Below are positions 27,335 through 35,579 of a DNA stretch of 64,000 nt, in pieces. The position numbers and the translations under genes were made by a program. Position 1 is the first letter of the stretch, and each line of letters opens with the position of its first letter. The notes under the pieces were generated by a model, which saw only the letters and a program-made list of their open reading frames with translations, was not told the origin of the DNA and ran no database searches. The stretch comes from Vicinamibacterales bacterium (GTDB taxonomy: Bacteria > Acidobacteriota > Vicinamibacteria > Vicinamibacterales > UBA8438), in the NCBI GenBank assembly GCA_965218825.1, contig OZ244656.1, forward strand, positions 3,805,038-3,869,037, read 5' to 3'.

Positions 27335-28561
27335 ATGACGAGTTCGCGACCCTCACTCGATGACCTTCGAATAGACCGCTCTCGTAACAGCGGGTCACGT
27401 CGCTGGCCATTCGTGGTCATCGTGCTCTTGCTCATCGGTGTGGCGGGCGGCGTGGGCTGGCGGTGGTGGAGCACAGCCCAGATCGTCCAAGTTGTCACGG
27501 CCGCGGTCCGTCTGACGACCGCTGCTGATGCCCAGCCGGCAGTCCTCAACGCCTCCGGATACGTCACGGCACGCCTTCAAGCAACCGTCTCCTCGAAGGT
27601 CACCGGGAAGGTCGTGGCCGTCCTCGTGGAAGAAGGGATGGCCGTTCGCAAAGGGCAAATCCTCGCCCGGTTGGACGATTCCTCGGAGCGGTCCTATCTC
27701 GCGCTAGCCGAGGCGCAACTGGGGGCAGCGTGGCGAGCCCTCGCGGAGTTCGAGGTTCGACGGGCGGAGGCCGAGCTGACGCTCTCGCGCACTCGCGAGC
27801 TTGTCGTCGCTGGCATTACTAGCCAGGCCGAGCTCGACACCGCGCAGGCCGAATTCGATACGCTCGGGGCGCGCATCGCACACGCTCGGGAGCAGGTTGC
27901 CGTCGCCGAGCGCGAAATCGACGTGCGCCGAACCACGTTGGAGGACACGATTATCCGCGCGCCGTTCACCGGCGTCGCGATTACGAAGGATGCGCAGCCG
28001 GGCGAAATGATTTCGCCTATCACCGCAGGTGGAGGCTTCACTCGGACAGGCATCTGCACGATCGTCGACATGGAGTCGCTGGAGATCGAGGTCGACGTGA
28101 ACGAGAGCTACATCAATCGCGTCTCGGATGACCAGCGCGTGGTCGCGACACTCGATGCCTATCCGGACTGGAGGATACCGGCCAGCGTCATAACGACCGT
28201 TCCTGCAGCCGACCGACAGCGCGCCACGGTCCTCGTACGGATTGCGTTTGACGAGCTGGACCCGCGCATCTTGCCCGACATGGGCGTCAACGTGGCGTTT
28301 CTGGAGAACGAGCTGCCGACCGAATCAGCTCCAGCGTCTCGGCTGTGGGTACCGGCGTCCGCCGTTCGTCAAGAGGACAACGCCTCGGCGGTGTTCGTGG
28401 TGAGCGGAGAGGTCGTCGAGCGCCGAGCTGTGACGCCAGGTCTCGAGGACGGCTCAGACGTCGAACTGATTGCCGGCGTGCGACAGGGCGAATTTGTCGT
28501 GGTCGATGTACCGCCAGCCCTGGCTGACGGCCAAACCATCAGGGTCAGGGAGTCGCAATGA
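27335..28561 (+). CDS. Efflux transporter periplasmic adaptor subunit (HlyD/MacA family)
   Basis: N-terminal TM anchor. Barrel-sandwich and coiled-coil hairpin region ([34 protein letters not shown]..). [13 protein letters not shown] motif. ATGA overlap with the downstream ABC ATPase. Confidence 0.85.
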   Translation: MTSSRPSLDDLRIDRSRNSGSRRWPFVVIVLLLIGVAGGVGWRWWSTAQIVQVVTAAVRLTTAADAQPAVLNASGYVTARLQATVSSKVTGKVVAVLVEEGMAVRKGQILARLDDSSERSYLALAEAQLGAAWRALAEFEVRRAEAELTLSRTRELVVAGITSQAELDTAQAEFDTLGARIAHAREQVAVAEREIDVRRTTLEDTIIRAPFTGVAITKDAQPGEMISPITAGGGFTRTGICTIVDMESLEIEVDVNESYINRVSDDQRVVATLDAYPDWRIPASVITTVPAADRQRATVLVRIAFDELDPRILPDMGVNVAFLENELPTESAPASRLWVPASAVRQEDNASAVFVVSGEVVERRAVTPGLEDGSDVELIAGVRQGEFVVVDVPPALADGQTIRVRESQ

Positions 28562-29256
28562 CGAACAATGGTCACCCACTCGTGGAGGTCCGAAATCTCC
28601 ACAAGGTATTCCGCCGTGGCGCTGAGCGGATCGACGTGCTTCAGGGCGCCGACTTGGATATTCCTGAAGGCGACTTTCTTGCCTTGATGGGGCCGTCGGG
28701 CTCCGGGAAGTCGACGCTCCTCAACCTGATTGGCGGTCTTGACACACCGACGGACGGCACCGTGTCGGTGGCCGGGAGTCGAATCGACCGACTGTCGAGT
28801 GCCAAACTCGCACAGTGGCGGGCGCGACACATCGGTTTCATCTTTCAGCTCTACAACTTGCTGCCGGTGCTGACCGCCGAGCGCAACGTGGAGCTGCCGT
28901 TGTTGCTGACGTCGTTGTCGAGGGCCCAACGTCGAAACCACGTCGAGACCGCGTTGGCCGTCGTGGGCTTGTCAGATCGGGCCAAACATTACCCTCGCCA
29001 GCTCTCGGGCGGACAGGAGCAACGAGTTGGCATCGCACGCGCGATCGTGACCGACCCCACGCTGTTGCTGTGCGATGAGCCAACCGGTGATCTCGACCGC
29101 AAGTCGGGAGACGAGATCCTGGAGCTGCTGGTGGCGCTAAACGCAGAGCACGGGAAGACGATCATCATGGTGACCCACGATCCTCACGCTGCCACTCGCG
29201 CGAAACGGACGCTGCATCTCAACAAGGGCATGCTGACAACGGAGAAACCCGAATGA
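28558..29256 (+). CDS. ABC transporter ATP-binding protein (MacB/LolD-type)
   Basis: Walker [11 protein letters not shown]-loop, signature LSGGQEQRV, Walker [14 protein letters not shown]-loop VTHD. Confidence 0.9.
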   Translation: MTNNGHPLVEVRNLHKVFRRGAERIDVLQGADLDIPEGDFLALMGPSGSGKSTLLNLIGGLDTPTDGTVSVAGSRIDRLSSAKLAQWRARHIGFIFQLYNLLPVLTAERNVELPLLLTSLSRAQRRNHVETALAVVGLSDRAKHYPRQLSGGQEQRVGIARAIVTDPTLLLCDEPTGDLDRKSGDEILELLVALNAEHGKTIIMVTHDPHAATRAKRTLHLNKGMLTTEKPE

Positions 29257-30401
29257 AGTTCTTACCGCTGTTGTGGAAAAACCTCTTTCGCCGGAAGATC
29301 CGGACGCTGTTCACGCTGCTGTCGATCATCGTGGCGTTCGTGCTGTTCAGCTATCTGGCAGCCGTCCGGCTGGCCTTTAGCATGGGGGTTGAGGTGGCGG
29401 GCGCAGACCGTTTGATGTTGATACACAAGGTGTCATTCATCCAGCCGCTGCCTGAGAGCTACCAGCAACGGATCGAGGCCGCGAGCGGGGTGACCGAGGT
29501 CACCCACGCGTCGTGGTTTGGCGGTATCTATCAAGACGTCAGCAATTTCTTTGCGCAGTTTGCCGTCGAGCCCGAGGAGTGGCTCAACATGTATCCCGAG
29601 TACGAGCTATCCGACGCGGAACGAGAGACCTGGTTCGGCAATCGCACGGGGGCCATCGCGGGACGTCAGCTGGCCGACCGATTCGGCTGGAAGGTTGGTG
29701 ACCGGATTCCTATCCAGGGGACCATCTATCGGACTCAGGACGGTCCTACGTGGGAGTTCGACCTCGATGGCATCTACGACGGGGAAACCGGGACGGACAC
29801 AACGCAGTTCTTTTTCCACTATGAGTACCTCGCCGAGGCGAACAGCGAGGGACGTGGGTTCGTGGGCTGGTACGTGATTCGGATCGACGATCCCGCACGG
29901 GCGGTCGAGATCGGTGCCGCGATCGATGACCGCTTCGCAAACTCGCCCTACGAAACGAAGGCCTCAACCGAGAAGGCCTTCGCGCAGTCGTTCGCGAACC
30001 AGGTCGGCAACATCGGCGCGATCGTGACCGCGGTTCTTGTCGCGGTGCTCTTCACGATCCTCATCGTGACAGCCAACACGATGGCTCAGTCGATCCGAGA
30101 GAGGACGAGCGAGCTGGCCGTGATGAAGACGGTCGGCTTCTCCAACTCCGGAATCCTGGCGCTGGTGTTGGCGGAGTCGTTGCTCCTAGCGGTTGTTGGT
30201 GGCGCACTTGGGCTCGGTCTGGGATTTGTCCTGATCGGACAAGGCGACCCGACCGGCGGATTTCTTCCCGCGTTCTTCGTTCCGCCTCGCGACCTCGTGC
30301 TGGGTTGTCTGTTGGTCGTAGCGCTGGGTCTCGCCTCTGGGCTGCTGCCGGCAATGCAGGCGACACGTTTGCGGATCGTGGACGCGCTTAGGAAAGCGTA
30401 G
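29253..30401 (+). CDS. ABC transporter permease, FtsX/MacB-type (4 TM with a large periplasmic domain)
   Basis: N-terminal TM ([20 protein letters not shown]). A periplasmic domain of about 220 aa. C-terminal FtsX block ([39 protein letters not shown]...[16 protein letters not shown]). Confidence 0.85.
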   Translation: MKFLPLLWKNLFRRKIRTLFTLLSIIVAFVLFSYLAAVRLAFSMGVEVAGADRLMLIHKVSFIQPLPESYQQRIEAASGVTEVTHASWFGGIYQDVSNFFAQFAVEPEEWLNMYPEYELSDAERETWFGNRTGAIAGRQLADRFGWKVGDRIPIQGTIYRTQDGPTWEFDLDGIYDGETGTDTTQFFFHYEYLAEANSEGRGFVGWYVIRIDDPARAVEIGAAIDDRFANSPYETKASTEKAFAQSFANQVGNIGAIVTAVLVAVLFTILIVTANTMAQSIRERTSELAVMKTVGFSNSGILALVLAESLLLAVVGGALGLGLGFVLIGQGDPTGGFLPAFFVPPRDLVLGCLLVVALGLASGLLPAMQATRLRIVDALRKA

Positions 30402-30403
30402 CG

Positions 30404-31591
30404 ATGCGATTTCTCGCTCAGATCATCGCAGTAACCGGCCTTACACTGCGCACGATACCGCAACGTGCGGGCTCTTCATCTGTTGCCGTCGTCGGGATTG
30501 CCGGCGTGGTGATCGTGTTCGTGGCGGTACTCTCGATTGCCGAGGGATTCAGGGCAGCCCTCGAAGACGCCGGATCTCCAGACACCGCGCTCGTCATGCG
30601 TGGCGGTAGTGACTCAGAGATGAGCTCAGCCCTGGCGATGGCGAGCACCCGAATCATCAAGGATGCTCCCGGCGTGCGCGATGACGGCGGTGGACCCATC
30701 GCCTCTGCTGAGCTCTTCGTCATGATCAATTTGCCGCAGCGCTCGACCGGGACGGACGCCAACGTGCCGCTGCGGGGCGTCCAGCCCGCCGCGTTTGGTG
30801 TTCGAGACGACGTCACGATCACCGAGGGACGGAGCTTCCGACTCGGCACGAACGAGATCATCGTCGGGAGGAATGCGACCGAGCAGTTCGCGGGCCTCGA
30901 GGTGGGCTCGACGCATCGGTGGGGAGAGAACACCTGGACGGTGGTGGGCGTTTTTGAGGCAGGCGGGACGGTCGTCGAGTCGGAGATTTGGTGCGACGCC
31001 CGAGTTCTGCAGCCAGCCTATCGGCGCGGTGAGACGTTTCAGTCCGTCTTCGCCAAGCTCGATGACGCCGCGGCGTTTCAACAGTTCAAGGACTCGCTGA
31101 CGGCCGACCCGCGGCTGGACGTGATGGTTGAGCGCGAGGCCGACTACTACGCAGCGCAGTCTCAGACCATCCACGGCATCATCACCGGCATCGGGTCGGT
31201 TATTGCCGTGCTGATGGGGATCGGTGCCGTGTTTGGAGCCGTCAACACGATGTACACGGCCGTTTCCAGCCGTACGCGAGAGATCGCCACACTGCGGGCG
31301 CTTGGTTTTGGCGGGGTACCTGTCGTGATCTCAGTTCTCTTCGAGTCACTGCTCCTGAGCCTCGTTGGGGGGACGCTCGGCGGGGCACTGGCGTATGTCG
31401 GGTTCAACGGATACCAGACGGCGACCATGAACTGGCAGACGTTCAGCCAGGTGGCGTTTGCCTTTGCGGTCACGCCAGAGCTACTGGTGCAAGGGGTCTC
31501 CTACGCGATGGCGATGGGGTTTCTTGGAGGGTTGTTCCCGGCGGTGCGGGCCGCGCGGCTCCCGATCGTCAACGCGCTGCGCGAGTTCTAG
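30404..31591 (+). CDS. ABC transporter permease, FtsX/MacB-type, second copy
   Basis: Same architecture as the preceding gene (RTREIATLRALGFGGVPVVISVLFESLLLSLVGGTLG...FPAVRAARLPIVNALR). Its TAG stop (31589-31591) lies inside the terminal CTAG of the adjacent IS. Confidence 0.85.
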   Translation: MRFLAQIIAVTGLTLRTIPQRAGSSSVAVVGIAGVVIVFVAVLSIAEGFRAALEDAGSPDTALVMRGGSDSEMSSALAMASTRIIKDAPGVRDDGGGPIASAELFVMINLPQRSTGTDANVPLRGVQPAAFGVRDDVTITEGRSFRLGTNEIIVGRNATEQFAGLEVGSTHRWGENTWTVVGVFEAGGTVVESEIWCDARVLQPAYRRGETFQSVFAKLDDAAAFQQFKDSLTADPRLDVMVEREADYYAAQSQTIHGIITGIGSVIAVLMGIGAVFGAVNTMYTAVSSRTREIATLRALGFGGVPVVISVLFESLLLSLVGGTLGGALAYVGFNGYQTATMNWQTFSQVAFAFAVTPELLVQGVSYAMAMGFLGGLFPAVRAARLPIVNALREF

Positions 31592-31609
31592 CAGGTTGCT
31601 GAAGAACAC
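31588..31609. repeat. Left terminal inverted repeat of the IS5-family element
   Basis: It matches the reverse complement of 32866-32887 at 19/22 positions. Confidence 0.75.
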
Positions 31610-31720
31610 GAGGATCGGGCTGTTTTCATGGCCATCATGCGTGTCACGCCCCCCCCGACAACGGTGCGCACGGGGACACGCTGTCCCGACGAGGGGGCCA
31701 GCGACACCCGCGGCCGGCGA

Positions 31721-32797
31721 TCAGGGACACCTCGCCTCCAGATTCCGCAACCGGACCAAGTTATAGGCGGTGGCGGCGAAGGTGAGCTGCCAATCCACCA
31801 GGGCGATGCCGCGATGCCGGAGCTTGCGCAGGCCGCCGACGGTCTTCATCCAGCCGAAGACCTGTTCCACGAGTTTTCGTTTCCGCTGACTCACGTGATA
31901 GCCCGCATGCCGCGTGGTCCGACCGTCGATCGCACTCCCGCGGACCTTCTGCGCCACGTGGGGCGTGACGTCCTGGACGCGCACGTCGGCAACGAAGCGC
32001 GCCACATCGTAGCCCTTGTCCGCCCCGACCGTGCTGCCCGGGGAGGCGCTGGCCTCCAGCAACAGCACCGCCGCGTCGCGTTCGGCGGTCCCCGTCGCGT
32101 GGGTCGCGCAGACGTTGGCGACAAGCCCCTGTCGATTGTCCAGCAGCACGTGGCCGAGATACGCCAGCTTGGCTTCCTTGCCTTTGCCCTTCCGATGCAA
32201 CATCGCCTCGGGATCGGTCGTCGACTGATGGGTGTCATTGCGCCGCCGCTCCCCGTGGAAGTTGACCGTGGGATTGCCCGGGTCCTCGGGCGGGTCGCTC
32301 TCCGCTGCGTCCACGCACCGAAAGCTTTTCAGGCTGGCCCATGCTTCCAACTGCGTCCCATCCACGGTGAAGTGTTCGTCCGAGAGCAGCCCGGCCGCCC
32401 GGGCGTGGGCCTGGACCGCATCAAAGAACGCGGCGGCGACATCGCCCGACAGCAGCCGGTCGCGATTCTTGGTAAACGTCGTGGGATGCCAGACCGGGTC
32501 ATCCATATTCAGCCCGACGAACCACCGGAACAGCAGGTTGTAGTTGAGCTCTTCCATGAGCAGCCGCTCGCTCCGCACCGTGTAGAGCACTTGCAACAGC
32601 AAAGCGCGCAGCAATTGCTCCGGTGGGATCGACGGACGCCCTGTCGTGGCGTACAGGCTCGCGAATCGGCGCGACATTGTCTGCAGGGCTTCGTCCGTCA
32701 GCGCCCGAACGGCGCGGAGCGGATGGTCGGCCGGCACGCGCTGTTCCGGCGACAGGTAGCTGAACATGTGGGTGGTCTGCTCATCGTGTCCGCGCAT
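31721..32797 (-). CDS. IS5-family transposase (DDE, with InsH-type N-terminal domain)
   Basis: MFSYLSPEQRVPADHPLRAVR.., GRPSIPPEQLLRALLLQVLYTVRSERLLMEELNYNLLFRWFVGL (InsH N-terminal/DUF772-like), and C-terminal DDE region GADKGYD...F..MK. Confidence 0.9.
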   Translation of the reverse strand: MRGHDEQTTHMFSYLSPEQRVPADHPLRAVRALTDEALQTMSRRFASLYATTGRPSIPPEQLLRALLLQVLYTVRSERLLMEELNYNLLFRWFVGLNMDDPVWHPTTFTKNRDRLLSGDVAAAFFDAVQAHARAAGLLSDEHFTVDGTQLEAWASLKSFRCVDAAESDPPEDPGNPTVNFHGERRRNDTHQSTTDPEAMLHRKGKGKEAKLAYLGHVLLDNRQGLVANVCATHATGTAERDAAVLLLEASASPGSTVGADKGYDVARFVADVRVQDVTPHVAQKVRGSAIDGRTTRHAGYHVSQRKRKLVEQVFGWMKTVGGLRKLRHRGIALVDWQLTFAATAYNLVRLRNLEARCP

Positions 32798-32865
32798 GAT
32801 CGGGCTCCCTTCAGTGTTGGGAGCATCGTAGTACGACGGGATCCATCTGTCGATCCCATTTCGCG

Positions 32866-32887
32866 GAGTTTTTCAGCAGCCTGCTAG
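32866..32887. repeat. Right terminal inverted repeat of the IS5-family element
   Basis: Reverse complement partner of 31588-31609. Confidence 0.75.
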
Positions 32888-34081
32888 TCCCTTGTGTCTG
32901 AAAAAGCTTTAAGAAGTGTGCCGGGTGTGATGTATGGGGCGGCATGGCAAGAACAGGTCGGCCCAAAGCGAGATTGGAAGTCACCGCCGTGGAGCGAGGA
33001 GAACTTGAGCGGCTCGCCAGGCGCGCCAGAACGAATCGGCATGTGGCCTTGCGGGCGAAGATCGTCCTGAGGTGCGCGCATGGCGAATCGAACGTGGCGG
33101 TCGCGGCGAAACTGCGCTGTTCGAATGTGACGGTCGGCAAGTGGCGGCAGCGGGTTACGACAGGTCGCGTGGATGCGCTGTATGACGAGCCCAAGCCCGG
33201 AGCCCCCCGGACACTGTCCGATGCGGATGTCGAGTCGATCCTCGTCGCCACGTTGGAAAGTAAGCCGAAGGGGCGGACCCACTGGAGCACCCGCAAGATG
33301 GCGGAGCGCGCTGGCGTCAGTGCCTCCACCGTGGGCCGCATCTGGCGCACCTTCGGGTTGCAGCCGCATGTCGTGGAATCCTTCAAGATCTCCGACGACC
33401 CGCTGGTCCTCGAGAAGGTGCGGGACATTGTCGGCCTCTACCTGAATCCACCCGACCACGCCGGTGTCTTGTCATTCGACGAAAAGCCTCAGATTCAAGC
33501 CCTCGAGCGAGCGCAGCCGATCCTGCCGATGGACATGGGTCGGCCCGAACGCCAGACGCACAACTACATCCGCCATGGCACGGTGGACCTCTTCGCGGCG
33601 CTCAACGTCGCGACCGGCCAGGTCGTGGCGCACACCAAGAAGCAGCATCGGTCGAGGGATTTCGTGAGCTTTCTGCGCGAGATCGACGAGCGGGTGGACC
33701 CCACCCTCACCGTCCACGTGATCCTCGACAATCTCTCGGCGCATAAGTCCCCGCTGGTCAAACGATGGGTGGCCCGCCACCCGCGCTTCCAGTTCCACTT
33801 TACGCCAACCTACTCCGCCTGGCTCAACCTCGTCGAGCGGTTCTTTGGCCTCCTCACCGAACACGCCCTCAAGCGCGGCTCACATTCCAGCACGCACGCG
33901 CTGCGCCACGCCATCTCCGCCTACGTGGACGCCCACAATGACGAGGGCAAGCCTTTCAAGTGGACGAACACAGCCGACGAGATCCTCGCGAAGGTGAAGC
34001 GGTTCGGACAGCGCACCGTTCAAGTCCACGGTGGCCCCAGATGACCAACGACTTTTTGAAGAAATCAAAGATCAAGGGGAC
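32887..34081 (+). mobile_element. IS630-family insertion sequence (~1.2 kb) flanked by TA/TA
   Basis: One IS630-type transposase ORF. The short terminal inverted match is gtcccttg (32887-) against caaggggac (-34081). TA dinucleotides flank it at 32885-32886 and 34082-34083. The boundaries are partly inferred from the abutting IS ends, and the terminal repeats are only weakly similar beyond ~9 bp. Confidence 0.6.
32944..34044 (+). CDS. IS630-family transposase (HTH + DDE)
   Basis: N-terminal HTH region (LERLARRARTNRHVALRAKIVLRCAHGESN..VAAKLRCSNVTVGKWRQR). DDE_3-type core (VLSFDEKPQIQALER..., VHVILDNLSAHKS, FHFTPTYSAWLNLVERFF). Confidence 0.9.
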   Translation: MARTGRPKARLEVTAVERGELERLARRARTNRHVALRAKIVLRCAHGESNVAVAAKLRCSNVTVGKWRQRVTTGRVDALYDEPKPGAPRTLSDADVESILVATLESKPKGRTHWSTRKMAERAGVSASTVGRIWRTFGLQPHVVESFKISDDPLVLEKVRDIVGLYLNPPDHAGVLSFDEKPQIQALERAQPILPMDMGRPERQTHNYIRHGTVDLFAALNVATGQVVAHTKKQHRSRDFVSFLREIDERVDPTLTVHVILDNLSAHKSPLVKRWVARHPRFQFHFTPTYSAWLNLVERFFGLLTEHALKRGSHSSTHALRHAISAYVDAHNDEGKPFKWTNTADEILAKVKRFGQRTVQVHGGPR

Positions 34082-34100
34082 TAGCAGCCCGTGGTGGAAA
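34081..34100. repeat. Terminal inverted repeat (left) of the IS5/IS1182-like element
   Basis: 19/20 match to the reverse complement of 35531-35550. Confidence 0.8.
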
Positions 34101-34110
34101 TGCGGTCTTC

Positions 34111-35469
34111 CTATGCGGCTTTCGGGATGAGTGATCGATCGTGATCGCCGACCCCGATCGTGGAACGCGCGGGGTACTCGGGCTCGCGAACGGTCCAGAC
34201 ATGTACGAGGCGCCGCCAGGAGGACACAAGGACCATCAGCGCGGCGAGACAGCGCCCCTGCAGGCTGCGCGGCGTGCCAACGCCGATCAGCTGCCGGAAC
34301 AGCACGCCGAGGTTGAAGCCCGCGAGGTGAATCAAGAGGCGCTTCAAGATATTGCGATGCCCGCGCAGATGCGTGCGCCGCATCCCGCCGGTCTCGTAGG
34401 CGTGCGCGAACGAACGCTCGATGCGCTCGCCACGTCGGCGCATCAAGCGCTTGCCGCGGGCGCCCCGAATGCGCCGACGATTCGCATAGACGGGCGCTTG
34501 GGCCTCCCGCGCCTTGGACCAATCGCGGCGGCCTCGATCCGGCTCGGCGACATACGACCGGACGCCGACGGCCTGCAGATCCACCATGACCTCATTACTG
34601 TGATAGCCCTTGTCCGCGACCAGCGCGGTGAACGCCTGGGGGTCGTCCACCTCGGCTTGCGCATCCTCGATCTGGGCAGCGGCGGCGACCGTCGTATCCC
34701 CCGTGTCTGCGCCTTGCACGGTCACCGCGACGACCGCGCCGGTGTCGAGGTCCACGGCATGTTCGACCTTGTGGGCCAGATGCGTGCGGCCGTCTTTCAT
34801 CTTGGCGACCTTCGCATCCGGATCGACGGGGCTCCGCCAGTCCTTGTTCGATGGCGTCTTCTTCCGCTTCCGGTCCAGGCGGGCGAGGTCGTCGCGCGTC
34901 GGGGTGGCAATGCCCGACGCCTGCGCCAAGCCGGTCAAATAGGCCTGGTAGTCCTCGCCGGTGTCCCGCCGCACGATGCTCCGCATCGCCGCGTTCGCCT
35001 CCAGCGTGGTGGCGTCGATCCCGATCGTCGCGCCCTTCAGCACGCCCGACGCGACGAGGCGCTGCTGCACCCAGGTGAACACGGCGCGATGCGTCTCGAC
35101 GTCAATCAGTCGCCGGGTTCGGGAGATCGTCGAGTGGTCCGGCACATCCTCGTCCACGGCGATGCCCAAGAAGCGCCGAATCGCCAGCGAGTCCGCCGCG
35201 CGCCAGGCGATGCCCCGCTCCGAGTCAATGCCTTCAAAGTACCCCACCAACAACGCGCGAAAGTAGATGCCCGGCGTGAGACTTGGCCGGCCACGGGTGG
35301 CGGCGTAGAACCGCTGGCACTGCCGTTCGACAAACGTATCGAAACCGTGGGCGTCCAGCAGGGCGTTCACTCGACGATAGAACGGGTGGGCGACCGTCTG
35401 GGGCAAGTCGGTCGTCGCGACCCAGAGGGCTTCTTGTCGTCGTCGTTTGCGTCGTGTGCCCATTGACAT
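34111..35469 (-). CDS. IS5/IS1182-type transposase (InsH N-terminal domain + DDE)
   Basis: HPFYRRVNALLDAHGFDTFVERQCQRFYA..GRPSLTPGIYFRALLVGYFEGIDSERGIAWRAADSLAIRRFLG (DUF772-like). DDE region VADKGYHSNE... and C-terminal RLLIHLAGFNLG. Confidence 0.9.
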   Translation of the reverse strand: MSMGTRRKRRRQEALWVATTDLPQTVAHPFYRRVNALLDAHGFDTFVERQCQRFYAATRGRPSLTPGIYFRALLVGYFEGIDSERGIAWRAADSLAIRRFLGIAVDEDVPDHSTISRTRRLIDVETHRAVFTWVQQRLVASGVLKGATIGIDATTLEANAAMRSIVRRDTGEDYQAYLTGLAQASGIATPTRDDLARLDRKRKKTPSNKDWRSPVDPDAKVAKMKDGRTHLAHKVEHAVDLDTGAVVAVTVQGADTGDTTVAAAAQIEDAQAEVDDPQAFTALVADKGYHSNEVMVDLQAVGVRSYVAEPDRGRRDWSKAREAQAPVYANRRRIRGARGKRLMRRRGERIERSFAHAYETGGMRRTHLRGHRNILKRLLIHLAGFNLGVLFRQLIGVGTPRSLQGRCLAALMVLVSSWRRLVHVWTVREPEYPARSTIGVGDHDRSLIPKAA

Positions 35470-35530
35470 GCGAACGAGTGTACAGATGATGATCGATTCT
35501 GGCGATCGATCTAGCCGAGGCCGTTGCTGA

Positions 35531-35550
35531 TTTTCACCACGGGCTGCTAG
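35531..35550. repeat. Terminal inverted repeat (right) of the IS5/IS1182-like element
   Basis: Partner of 34081-34100. Confidence 0.8.
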
Positions 35551-35579
35551 GCCTTAAAGCGCCAGCAGGTGACGGCTCG

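Larger units (their letters stand above)
31588..32887 (-). mobile_element. IS5-family insertion sequence (~1.3 kb), apparently intact
   Basis: A single transposase ORF is flanked by imperfect terminal inverted repeats. Left, 31588-31609: ctagcaggttgctgaagaacac. Reverse complement of right, 32866-32887: ctagcaggctgctgaaaaactc. They match at 19/22 positions. CTAG is present at both ends. Confidence 0.75.
34081..35550 (-). mobile_element. IS5/IS1182-like insertion sequence (~1.47 kb), apparently intact
   Basis: Terminal inverted repeats: 34081-34100 ctagcagcccgtggtggaaa against the reverse complement of 35531-35550 ctagcagcccgtggtgaaaa. They match at 19/20 positions. They enclose a single 452-aa transposase ORF. 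Confidence 0.8.

Noticed and set aside
31628-32887. 419-aa plus-strand ORF inside the first IS element (and the analogous 441-aa ORF at 34141-35466 inside the third)
   Set aside because: Both are antisense to clear DDE transposase genes with recognisable family motifs. Their translations are Arg/Gly/Pro-rich with no motifs.
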